A stretch of 64,000 bases of DNA from Asterias rubens (lineage: Eukaryota): the NCBI RefSeq assembly GCF_902459465.1, contig NC_047062.1:3658001-3722000 (forward strand). The letters run 5' to 3'. The notes under the pieces were generated by a model. It searched no databases. It was not told the DNA's origin and saw only the letters and a list, made by a program, of their open reading frames with translations. The position numbers and the translations under genes are program-made. Of the stretch, positions 18,401 to 28,748 are shown piece after piece; position 1 is the stretch's first letter, and every line of letters starts with the position of its first letter.

Positions 18401-21400
18401 ACATTTCATTTCCTTCCTCATATTTGCCATAATTCTGAGACTGAGCTTCCTAAAGAGGAGATTTTAAAAAATGTATCAATTTATGTGATCAACATGCAAA
18501 TAAGGTGTATTAGGTCTACTATTGACCATGTACCCAGAGACTGGACTTCTCACAGGCCTGATTTGTACACAGCTCAATAAAAGAAGACTCTCATATTGAA
18601 ATATCATCAAGATTGCACCGTTTGATTTTTATCAACTTGTGATTTGGAGAAAGGGGTCATATCTAACATCTGGTTCAGCTGTTATTTTTATAAATCTATG
18701 AATTGATATGGAAATAATGATACAAAATGTAAACATTTATATATGACCTGGGGCCAATTTCACAAAGAGCTAAGATTGATCTTATCTGCTAATCCATCGT
18801 AGTTGCTAGGTTAAGTGTGATGTCACAACACAAATCACTATGGTGATACTGACAATTTGTCTTAAGATGGATTTTATTGCTTCTTTAAACCGAGCCCTGG
18901 GCCGATTTCACAAAGAGCTAAGATTGATCTTAACTGCACATCAATCGTAGTTGCTTAGTAAAGTGTGATGTCACAATACCAATCACTAACAGTATGGTGA
19001 TACTGAAAATTTGTCTTACGATGGATTTTATTGCTTTGTGAAATCGAGCCCATTATAGTATCTTGCCTGCCAGAAAGTTCTTGGAATGTACAAGGTCACT
19101 CTATTAATCTTTAAACAAAGGTTACAAGATGTGCTCCATTCTAATTTCTTTTCAATATAGGCCAAGTTCATGCAAGAACTATCGTTGACTTTAGTTTGGT
19201 TTTGTTAACGTGAACTCTGTCTAGTCAACGACAGTTAGATTACGCAAGTTGACTATTTGGAACCAGCCTACAGGGCATGGTTGCATCGCTGGTTACCAAC
19301 AGCCGTTTTCACAGCACAGTGCAGAGAGTGGACCAGTTATTAGAAAATGATAACGTACATGGGCCAACGGTCGCGCTGACATGACATGACTAGAGTCGTT
19401 CGCACTTTGACCTCTGTGCGTACGATCACGATAAGGCTTTGGCTCTGGCTACGACCGGATTGCTGAAGAGTCCTATCCTCCAACATTCTCACTGAAGCCA
19501 ACATCCACAGCTGTTGTGTAGACGAGCAGTTAGGCACTTTAGTAAGTTTGACACAGAGAAGAGCAGTAATCTTTTATCGGAACAACGGTGTGACTTTATT
19601 AGGGAGTGAAGATGGGTGGAGGTGTCGTGGCCGAGTGGTTAAGAGCACCGCCACCCGAACTCAAGCTCTGACCTGTTCAACAGAGTGTGGGTCCGGGAAT
19701 CGTGACACTTGTGTCCCTAAGCAAGACACTTAACCACTGCTTCGTCCTTCGGATGGGACGTAAAGCTGTAGGTCCTGTGTGATGTTTCAACAACTATCAA
19801 CGCAGGTAAAAGACCCCAGTACACACTTATCACAAAGAGAAGGGGTTCGCCCCAGTGTGTCTGGCAGTGCGACTATCTTCAATTATGAAGGCTGCACTAG
19901 ACAGGAAGAATATCTATCTCTGTACCATTCACTAGAGAATCACATAGCTCGGAGTAAAAGTATGTAAACCAAACATGGTCACCAGAGGGCGCCATTCTAC
20001 TCAATAATAGCTGTAGCTGCAGTCGCTTGATTTAGGTGAGGCTTTTCTTTTACCTGAATGCAATGGTTGGTCAGATGACTAGTGGTGTTTGTGAGATCAT
20101 CGGCATCATACGGCTCTGACGACGTCCTTAGAACACCCTCTTTCATCAAGAAAATGTTGTACTCATGATCCAATAACACCCAACACCTAAAAGTGAATAA
20201 CATAGACATAACTAGACTACAAACGGGACAATACAAACGAGACTGAGTTATCATTATCAGTTACTCTGAACGACATGACACACAATGCAACTTCAAGGCA
20301 ACCAGTTCTAGGCAATGTCAAATAAGAACATTCATTCACACTTCAGTTTTCTCAATATTTTCTTGGGGATAGTAAAGTCTATTCAGTTTTGGTTTTACCC
20401 ATCTGTGTGTAAGCACTGTTTACTCAGTACTTTCCCCAAATTCTATGAAGGAGAAAAAAAATTCACAGCGTATTATTCGGGTGGGACTCGAGCTCATAAA
20501 CTTTGAAATTCCAGAGCAGAACTTCTTTCACAGAACTGGGGAAAGTAATGAGTATACTGGGATGAGTATACTGTGTATATGGGTAAAACCAAAAATGAAC
20601 ATTCTTTGTCCCCGATGCAAAATCAACATATATTATGGTACAGTTATAACTAGAAGAATGTCTCTGGTGCTGCAAAAGTGTTCCTCCTGCATGAAATGCG
20701 GTTGGTTGCCAACAAGTTGGCAGAAAAAATTTCCCTGTGTGACATGGCCTTAATAACAAATTACTCTGCGTTAAACTCAAGCTCAAAGAATATGTGTGGA
20801 TAAGTCAAAAGTAGAAGAACTTGCTTGGTCATTGACTGGAAAATGAGAAAAATCACTGTTGCATAACTGCCTTGACATAGCAACCGCAAAGCAGGAAACA
20901 AGTTGGAACAGTTTACTCAACAGAATAACCAGGTTAGTTTTCAATATAAAAGGAAAACCACACAACTTCGAGGGATAATTGTGTGAATCGTTATGTTCTA
21001 CTTTTGAAACATCTTTTCAATTCGTAACAAACGTTTTTTTAACAGCCAAGAGCGCCCATTCTGAAAGCAGTGTGTCCCTTTACGCAAATGGCAAAAAAAA
21101 AGAAAGAAAAAAAGGGATTGTCTTGTAATAGAGTTAGATAACTAAGGGAAATGCTAATTTTTGCATCGGGGATAGGCCTAAAGAATATAATTTGGTTTTT
21201 CCCTTGACAGTGATGTGTATTAAACAATGTGCATTGTAAACTCTGTATTTTCCTGAGTTCTGCCAGTGGATTTTTCTTCACAGAACTCTGGAAAGTATTG
21301 ATCATACATTGTACAGCACTTAAATAAAAATTTGTGTTGGGCTAAAAACCAAATTATGTATAAGTATTGAATATAATGTAGACTTGGTGTAAACTCACCT

Positions 21401-24293
21401 TATATCAAACTTCCTACTATCTGTAAGCAGTAATGGATCCTCAATGTATTTCTGTATAACGTGGGACTGCCTCTGGTTATCAACAAACTCAATCAGTTCC
21501 TCTGGGCTTGTTGCTATCAAAATCCCCTCTCCTGTCAAATCAGATATTAGTAAGCTTCATCAAACAATTTACTTTAATTATCATTTTTAACCAAAAAAAA
21601 ACCCAGTAATGTCTCACAGTCTGAGATGCCAACTGCAGTTATTTTTCAACAAATCAAGTCAAAAAATAATTTTTATCTGTTTTGGGGTCGATTTCACAAA
21701 GAGTTAGGACTCGTCCTAACTTAGGACTATTCCTAAGAGATATCGAAAACGCAGAGCTAGTCTTAGGTTAAGACAGTTAGGACAAGTAACTTGTCCTAAG
21801 TCGAGATAAGACTAGTCTTAACTCTTTGTGAAGTCCACCCCTGTTGTCATGAGTTTTTGAATAAGTTTTCGTATGTTTTGTAACAGCATTACCTGTCAGA
21901 ATTCATTCAGAGATATTTGAAGGATGCAACAGAGTGGAAGTGCCGTGGCCGAGCGGTTAAGAGCACGGAACTCAAGCTCTGCTGTATCTGTTCGTGACAC
22001 TTGTATCCTTAAGCAAGACCCTTAACCATTGCTTTGTCCTTCGGATGGGACGTAAAGCTGTAGGTCCTAGTGTGTTGTTATAAAAACGCATGTAAAAGAC
22101 CCAGTAAACACTGATCACAAAAAGGTGTTCACCCGGTGTTTCTGCAGTGCGACTATCTTCATGCATGAAGGCTGCACGAGAAAGGAAGAAGAAGAAATGG
22201 AAACCAAGTTACCTTTAGCTCCTGCAGATGACTTTGCAATCCAGACACTTCCTTCTCCCAATGTGTTCATCCTATCCCATACCTTAAGGTACTCATCCCT
22301 ATCATCAGTGCGTTGCTTGGTCTGTCGTAGTTTCTGAAGCCAATCACGAGATGTCTTAGCCTCATCACCATCTCCATTACTCGAACGCGGAAGAATCACA
22401 AAAGAGACCGGCAGCCAGTCTATTGAATCATAATTGATTGCTGATGATGTCTTAAGGGCTGTAACGAGATGAGTTTTCCGGCAGATCTTCTGAGATCCTC
22501 TGTAGTAATTCACCAACTGTTTCAGACCTGGCTCATGACCTGATTAAAGAGAAGAGTCAGAGGAAAAGAGTTATCTCAAGTGTTGATGAGTATGATTAAT
22601 GTGCAAACCTGTTTCTTATATCACAACAGTACAGCGCCCCCCCCAGTTAATACATTTAAATTACATTTAACTACTAACAAATACTTCTCGCAATTTATGA
22701 TATAAAGCAGATTTTCAAAATTCAAAACAGCCAACCAAATGCACCCTATCCGCTAGAAACAAATAACTGTAATGCTCCGGCGAGGGTGGTGAGGGTCCCC
22801 TCGCCAGAGTGTTTATAATTATTGCAACTACCTACCTGCAAACTAGGCACTACTGCAAACATTGTTCATAATTGTTTAAATAGCAGAAGTTTAAATGCAA
22901 GTTCACTTCTTTCGAGAGTTTTACACACACACGTTTCTTGTGCGATAACGATAACATACCCCTCCTCCTACGGTGGCCCTCGGAAGGGGGGTACTGTATC
23001 GCAACTGAACTAGTAAAGTTATAAGTTGTGGAGGTGTCGTGGCTGAGCGGTTAAGAGCACCACCACCAAACTCAAGCTCTGACCTCTTCAAGGGAGTAGT
23101 CGTGACACTTGTGTCCTTAAAGCCATTTTACACTTTCGGTGCAGAAAAAAAGTTCACAGATGTACAAATAATTTACAGGAATTACAGAAGGTAATGGTGA
23201 AAGACTTCTCTTAAAATATTGTTCCATGAAATGCTTTACTATTTGAGAAAACATTAATACAATACGGATTTATTTTAAACACATATCATGACACGGCGAA
23301 ACGCGCGGAAACAAGAATGGGTTTTCCCGTTATTTTCTCCCGACTCCGATGATCGATTGAACCTATTTAAAATTATCACAGGTTCGTTATTTTATATATA
23401 AGTTGTGATACAAGAAGTGTGGGACTTGGACAATACTGTTTACCGAAAGTGTATAATGGCTTTAAGCAAGACACTTTAACCACCGCTTCGTCCTTCGGAT
23501 GGGACGTTAAGCTGTAGGTCCCGTGTGTTAAAAACTATCAACGTAGGTAAAAGACCCCAGTAGGGCCTTCACACTTATTGCAACTTAGAGAAGGGGTTCG
23601 CCCCGGTGTGTCTGGCAGTGTGACTATCTTCAATTATGTAGGCTGCACTAAAAAAGGAAGAAGTACACATCCCCGATAAGCATAACAACATTATGTTAAG
23701 TAGTTGTGATAACGTAACCCTCCTCGGCTTCGCTGTCGGGAGGAGGGTTACATTATCACAGCTATAATGGTATTAAGTGCATTTATATAAACAACAATGG
23801 CCTACTTTATCATGCCACATAAACTATTAATTGTCTATGGCCGGGGTTTGTTCCATTATCGCTGCTCGTGCAGACAATAGCTAAACAAACATACATAGAA
23901 AAGTTCTAGTAAAACTAATAATATTAAATAAATGAACATGGACTGGAGGCAAAACGCCAGCAAAAAGGGCACATTTAATTTCCAAGAAACCATTATTATT
24001 GTGTTTTTGTCATAATAAACTTTGGTTAGCCTCTTACTTAAACATCACACACGATTTATTCCTCGTGAATACACACCAAACTTTCCAAATGGCAGTTTGT
24101 TACGCTCCCCTAATACGAGGTTTACACGCAATGTTTCAGCTCCGAGATAGGCGAGTTCGTCACCGTTATTGCCGGACGTGCATTGGCCTGTTCTCACGGC
24201 GGTACGTTCCCTCCAGTGCCGCTTGGTGCGCAACACTTCGGCAACAGCAGCGTATACGCTGCTTTCTGTATCTCTCACACCAAATGTGTACAT
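15371..24293 (-). CDS. TTL: Tubulin--tyrosine ligase, complete, 8 coding exons, 405 aa
   Basis: complement(join(24293-24077,22539-22213,21531-21399,20186-20054,18449-18382,17960-17867,16771-16653,15497-15371)) = 1218 nt, GT-AG introns, phases consistent. Starts [15 protein letters not shown] (human TTL MYTFVVRDENSSVYA). Contains [66 protein letters not shown] and EVN. Confidence 0.96.
16012..16377 (+). mobile_element. Kolobok-like MITE family A (TTL intron 7)
   Basis: TTAA at 16008-16011 and 16378-16381. Confidence 0.8.
16653..16771 (-). CDS. TTL: TTL exon 7 ([10 protein letters not shown]...[12 protein letters not shown])
   Basis: atttacag|GAG...TC|gtaagt. Confidence 0.94.
17573..17836 (-). 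mobile_element. Deu/Nin-like SINE (TTL intron 6)
   Basis: The reverse complement gives the same head and core. Further copies: about 8700-8935 (+), 1085-1250 (-, partial), 13741-13856 (-, head only). Confidence 0.65.
17867..17960 (-). CDS. TTL: TTL exon 6 (FLQETF...[14 protein letters not shown])
   Basis: atttttacag|A...GAG|gtaaga. Confidence 0.91.
18382..18449 (-). CDS. TTL: TTL exon 5 ([13 protein letters not shown])
   Basis: ctcctctttag|GAA...AG|gtaaga. Confidence 0.93.
18751..19051. mobile_element. Two head-to-tail copies of a GGGCC-ended MITE
   Basis: gggccaatttcacaaagagctaagattgatc at 18751 and again at about 18900; second copy ends ctttgtgaaatcgagccc. Confidence 0.7.
19618..19910 (+). 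mobile_element. tRNA-derived SINE with a Deu/Nin-like central domain
   Basis: A-box-like gtggccgagtggttaag head; body gtccttcggatgggacgtaaag...taaaagaccccagtacacacttatcacaaagagaaggggttcgccccagtg resembles the DeuSINE domain as remembered from SINE3/AmnSINE1. Confidence 0.7.
20054..20186 (-). CDS. TTL: TTL exon 4 (CWVLLDHEY...HLTNHCIQ)
   Basis: cacttttag|G...CAG|gtaaaa. Confidence 0.94.
21399..21531 (-). CDS. TTL: TTL exon 3 (GEGILI...[11 protein letters not shown]...RKFDIR)
   Basis: ttgacag|GA...AG|gtgagt. Confidence 0.93.
21685..21840. mobile_element. Fold-back MITE, same family as 6760-6924
   Basis: gggtcgatttcacaaagagttaggact...taactctttgtgaagtccaccc. Confidence 0.7.
21936..22198 (+). 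mobile_element. Deu/Nin-like SINE (TTL intron 2)
   Basis: Same head, core and gaa-rich tail as 19618-19910. Confidence 0.7.
22213..22539 (-). CDS. TTL: TTL exon 2
   Basis: ctctttaatcag|GT CAT GAG...AAAG|gtaact; ORF track 22115-22516. Confidence 0.93.
23030..23663 (+). mobile_element. Deu/Nin-like SINE split by the family B MITE (TTL intron 1)
   Basis: Head at 23030-23120; body resumes at 23462. Confidence 0.72.
23121..23461. mobile_element. Kolobok-like MITE family B inserted into a SINE
   Basis: TTAA|AGCCATTTTACACTTTCGG...CCGAAAGTGTATAATGGCT|TTAA. Removing it restores the SINE motif gtgtccTTAAgcaagacac, which shows the TTAA duplication directly. Confidence 0.85.
24077..24293 (-). CDS. TTL: TTL exon 1
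   Basis: ATG at 24293; donor TTTG|gtgtgt, phase 1, inferred from the phase of exon 2. Confidence 0.9.
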
Positions 24294-24439
24294 CTTTCTG
24301 AGCCCTTCCTACTTTACTTCTTCAGATCGAAACCAATGGAAGGAGAGGCTCCCTAACTGAAATCTGCCCGTGGTTTACTTCTTTTTTTTAGCTTCATTTA
24401 TGTCTGATGTCTCACAAAATGTAAACACCACAAAAATTC

Positions 24440-24600
24440 AATATGGACGCCAAACTACGTCATTATAAAAGAGCCCTTCTGATTGGTTCAACAATAGAAG
24501 GAAGATAATTAGGGATATCACTTATAAGTTATTGTCTTCTTCTTCTTCTTCTTCATTCGTCATGAATAAGTACCGACCACCAATGGCGTATTACTCCAGT
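24440..24600 (-). promoter_or_regulatory. Candidate TTL promoter
   Basis: CCAAT on the - strand at 24482-24486, a half-CRE at 24456-24462 and a TATA-like element at 24463-24471, 170-200 bp upstream of the TTL ATG. Confidence 0.35.
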
Positions 24601-24961
24601 CCCAGAAACAGGCTCGTGTTGTAGGTATAGTTGTGGATCTACCTCCTCCCCATTACCACGCCCACACTGCTAAAACAGTTGGATTTCAGAACTTGTCCAC
24701 TGAACAAGAAGAGCGCCCTCAACCATCCATGCATAATGCAGGCATCTATGAACGGGTTCAATTATTGACAATTACACGGAATAAGCAAAATACTAGCGAT
24801 TGCAACAAAAATGATTTTGTTTTCTATTAGCAAATTCTTCACAATTAATATGTACTGATAAGATTAGACAAAGCACATCTGAGTTAGTGTTTAACGACCC
24901 ACAATATTGTTTTGAAAAAATGAAAGAAAGGCCTTTCTACCAATGTCTACACTGAATTAAA

Positions 24962-25277
24962 TGTATGGACACTATTATATCTATGAGTAACTACTCAAAA
25001 ATAATTTGCATTAAAAACCTACTTGACGAGCAATGGACAGCTGCTGATAGTATAAATTTTTGTGAGAAACGGCTCCATCTGAAGTAACGTAGTTTTTGAG
25101 AAAGAAGTAATTTCTCTCTAAAATATTTGAATTGAATTCGAGACATCAGGTAAGGTCTCGAATTCAAGCATTTAAAAGCATACAACCTGTGCGAACAGGG
25201 TGTTTTTTCTTCCATAGTTCTCTTGCAACTTCGGCGACCAATTGAGTTTGACAACTACCAACTAATGTCAAGTGTCT
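24962..25277 (+). mobile_element. Kolobok-like MITE family A, degenerate
   Basis: Family body (gtgagaaacggctcc...tgaagt) with an internal deletion; boundaries approximate. Confidence 0.7.
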
Positions 25278-25774
25278 TTAGTCAATAGTTTGACAAAATG
25301 AAAGACAGGCTTAAATGTGCCAATATCATACAAATTAATTTCAACGATAACAGCATGGCATGTTGCCCCAAACTGAGGTTTCCATTGCATTGTAACAACA
25401 TGGCCTAGTTTAGTAAAACATTTTACTTGCACCTTATCTGCATTTATGGTAGTCAAGTTTTCAAGATATAGGCTTTTTTCCTGCGACAATTCAGCAAAAT
25501 TGCATCAAATTAAAACACTAAAACACACTGGAGACTACTGTATTAAATTTCGTGCTCACATGATTTTGGTTTCGTTTTTGTTAGCAAGGCCTGCATTTGT
25601 TTTCCAATACCACTTCTCTTACAATGAAAGGTTTATAATTATTAGCCTGTTGCTGTCACCATGCGCAATCTACGAGACTGTTGGAATTGACTTCTCCTTT
25701 TGACCATAGGGAGAGAACCCCGAATGCTGACGATACATCCAATGGTCGGAAAAACTTCCAACATAAACTGAAAA

Positions 25775-26144
25775 CGACACTGGACACTTTTGGTAATATT
25801 ATTGTCAAAGACCAGTCTTTTCACTTGGTGTATCTCAACATTTATGCATAAAATAACAAACCTGTGAAAATTTGAACTCAACAGTTGGTCGTCGAAGTTT
25901 TGAGATAATTCAAACATGGAGAAGAAAGAAAAAACGTTTGTCACACGAAGTTGTGTGCTTTAGATGCTTGATTTCCCCTCAAAATCTAATGTTGAGGTCT
26001 CAAAATCAAATTCGTCGGAAATTACTTCTTTCTCGAAAACTACGTTACGTCAGAGGGAGCCGTTTGTTGTCACAATGTATTATACTATCAACCTAGCTTT
26101 TATGCTAATAATAATTTTGAGTAATTACCAAGTGTCCACTGCCT
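25775..26144 (-). mobile_element. Kolobok-like MITE family A
   Basis: Reverse orientation; ends gtgtccactgcctttag; boundaries approximate. Confidence 0.75.
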
Positions 26145-27468
26145 TTAGTGTGTAATTTAACACTTTGTTTTTAGAGCTATTTAGAGTGTATTGTTCCTCC
26201 GTGAGAGTTCATGCTCACATTAGATAATTATAGTTTCAGTTATCTGAAGAAGAAACCACAACAAGAAATATAATGTGTTTTGTCTATCTAAAAAAACCCA
26301 GCCTATACTGTACTTTTGCCACAGAACTTCCACCCGCAAAAAAACAAAATGTTTTTAGGAAGTCTAATGAATTTGAGTTTATGCCAGTTTAAGCGTACTT
26401 TCAAATTATAAAGCCATTGCATGCAGCACTACAATGCGAATACTTCAGACTAATATGAAGAAAATAGAAACTATTTAAATTGAAATTAATAGTCCACCAC
26501 ATAGTTAAAAACACTCGTTGCATGGATTATACGTATTCTAAAAAACAACCAAAAAGCCAATGGGCATTTTACTCTAGCACCAGCCGGATTTGAAGACCAA
26601 TTTTTGTATTCAATTTTGAAATCTCATTAACATCGAACGGTGACTCATTAACATTTTGCGCTTTAGTAATTATGCAACCTTTCTTCGGGTGAAATTACGC
26701 GTGAAGAACAAAGAGGCGGAAGAAAAAGAGCGGGAATGAAAGAGATTGGCTGATGAAACTACCGCTTCCAAAAGCAGTCAATGAATTAAGAGCTCTCTTG
26801 TTTTCCCCACAACTAAACCCGTATTGATGCATGCACTCCGTTGACGGGCAACAATAGTGCCTGATTTATGCCGGCAGGTTTTCGAGATGAATGTAAAGTC
26901 CCGTCGAGTACACTTCTCGGACTGTGCTATTGTGAAGGAGTGATGGCATGTGCAGCGCCCGGAGCCCGCCACGTGCAAGTACCGCGCTATCGCACCCTGC
27001 CTTCTGCTCTGTCGCTCGTGCGGGTGTAGCCCTAATTATAGTCAGATTAAACCAAAAGTCTGCGTTTCTAAATACCCGTTGTTCTCCTTATCATAGCAAA
27101 ACGGCGGGAAAAATAGCATTGTACTCAGAAAGTAAATAATCCTACACTGGAGGAGCAGTATACAATGGTGCCGTATACTTAGGAAACACACGAATCGCGG
27201 TGATTAGGCTAGCTGTAGGTCTGTAATTTTCGCGCCATTTCTGTTAATACGGGTCGGGTGCGGAGAGCAAGTAATCTATCTTGACAGCTGCCGCAACTGT
27301 GTTGTAATGTTACTCAATCTGCTTCTAAATGAGTTCAGTAAAGATTAGGACTTTATAAGGATTAAAAGCAGGCTTTCGACAATACGTGCTTCTTGTAAAT
27401 CGCCATCAACACCTTGGCGACTGGGAGAACACAGAGTCCCATAACAGGGGTTGTCCGTCTTCCTTTAA

Positions 27469-27846
27469 ACACACTGGACACTATTGGTAATTGTCAAAGA
27501 CCAGTCTTCTCACTTGGTGTATCTCAAAATATGCATAAATAACAAACCTGTGAAAATTTGAGCTCAATCGGTCATCGAAGTTGCGAGATAATAATGAAAG
27601 AAAAAACACCCTGGTTACACGAAGTTGTATGCTTTTAGATGCTTGATTTCGAGACCTCAAATTCTAAAAAGGAGGTCTCGAAATCAAATTCGTGGAAAAT
27701 TACTTCTTTCTCGAAAACTACGTCGACTTCAGAGGGAGCCGTTTCTCACAATGTTTTATACTATCAACCTCTTCCCATTACTTGTTACCATGTAAGGTTG
27801 TATGCTTATAATTATTTTGAGTAATTACCAATAGTGTCCACTGCCT
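27469..27846 (-). mobile_element. Kolobok-like MITE family A
   Basis: TTAA at 27465-27468 and 27847-27850. Confidence 0.8.
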
Positions 27847-28381
27847 TTAAATGTGAACTCTCAAAGGGAGATGGAGGAATGTTGAGCTAGCCTTTGGCCT
27901 ACACCATCGTCGTCAATTCCTTTGTTTCATCTTCGTCCCTGCACATTACCAAGAGGGACAATAAGTAAATAAACAAATCCAAATGGTGCAGGGAAGATGA
28001 AAACCATTAAAAGAGTATTTGCTACTGTTCCTTGCTCTATGCTTCGTTCTATAGCAAATTCCTTTCGATGAATGTGTGGAGAACTATTGGGGGAGGGGGG
28101 GGGGTGTTAACAGAGTGGGGCCAGTATGCTATACTGACACATGTATAGACCCCCCCCCCCCCCCTCCCTACCGACCAAGTGACACCACACCACACCACAG
28201 CACCACCCCTCCATTTCATGAAGAATGACAACAACTTAGGTTCTTTCCGTCATTTTCGAGAAGCGCTCAATTCGGATTTTGCCCCCAAATCTGAAAGCGT
28301 CCCTTTAGCGACTTCTCGACCTTTTTTAAAAGGTTACAGTTGGGTTGTTGGCCTAGGCCTATGGTATGATGGTGTAGTTAA

Positions 28382-28748
28382 AGGCAGTGTACACTATTGG
28401 TAATTACTCAAAATAATTATTGGCATAAAACCTTACTTGGTATTCATGAGTAATGGGGAGAGGTTGATGGTATAAAACATTGTGAGAAACGGCTCCCTCT
28501 GAAGTGCCATAGTTTTCGAGAAAGAAGTAATTTTCCACGAATTTGATTTCGAGACCTCAGATTTAGAACTTGAGGTCTCGAAATCAACCATCTAAACGCA
28601 CACAACTTCGTGTGACAAGGGTGTTTTTTTTTTAACTCTGATGACCGATTGAGCTCAAATTTTCACAGGTTAGTTATTTTATGCATATGTTGAGATACAC
28701 CAACTGTGAAGGCTAGTCTTGGACAATTACCAATTGTGTCCACTGCCT
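28382..28748 (+). mobile_element. Kolobok-like MITE family A
   Basis: TTAA at 28378-28381 and 28749-28752. Confidence 0.8.
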
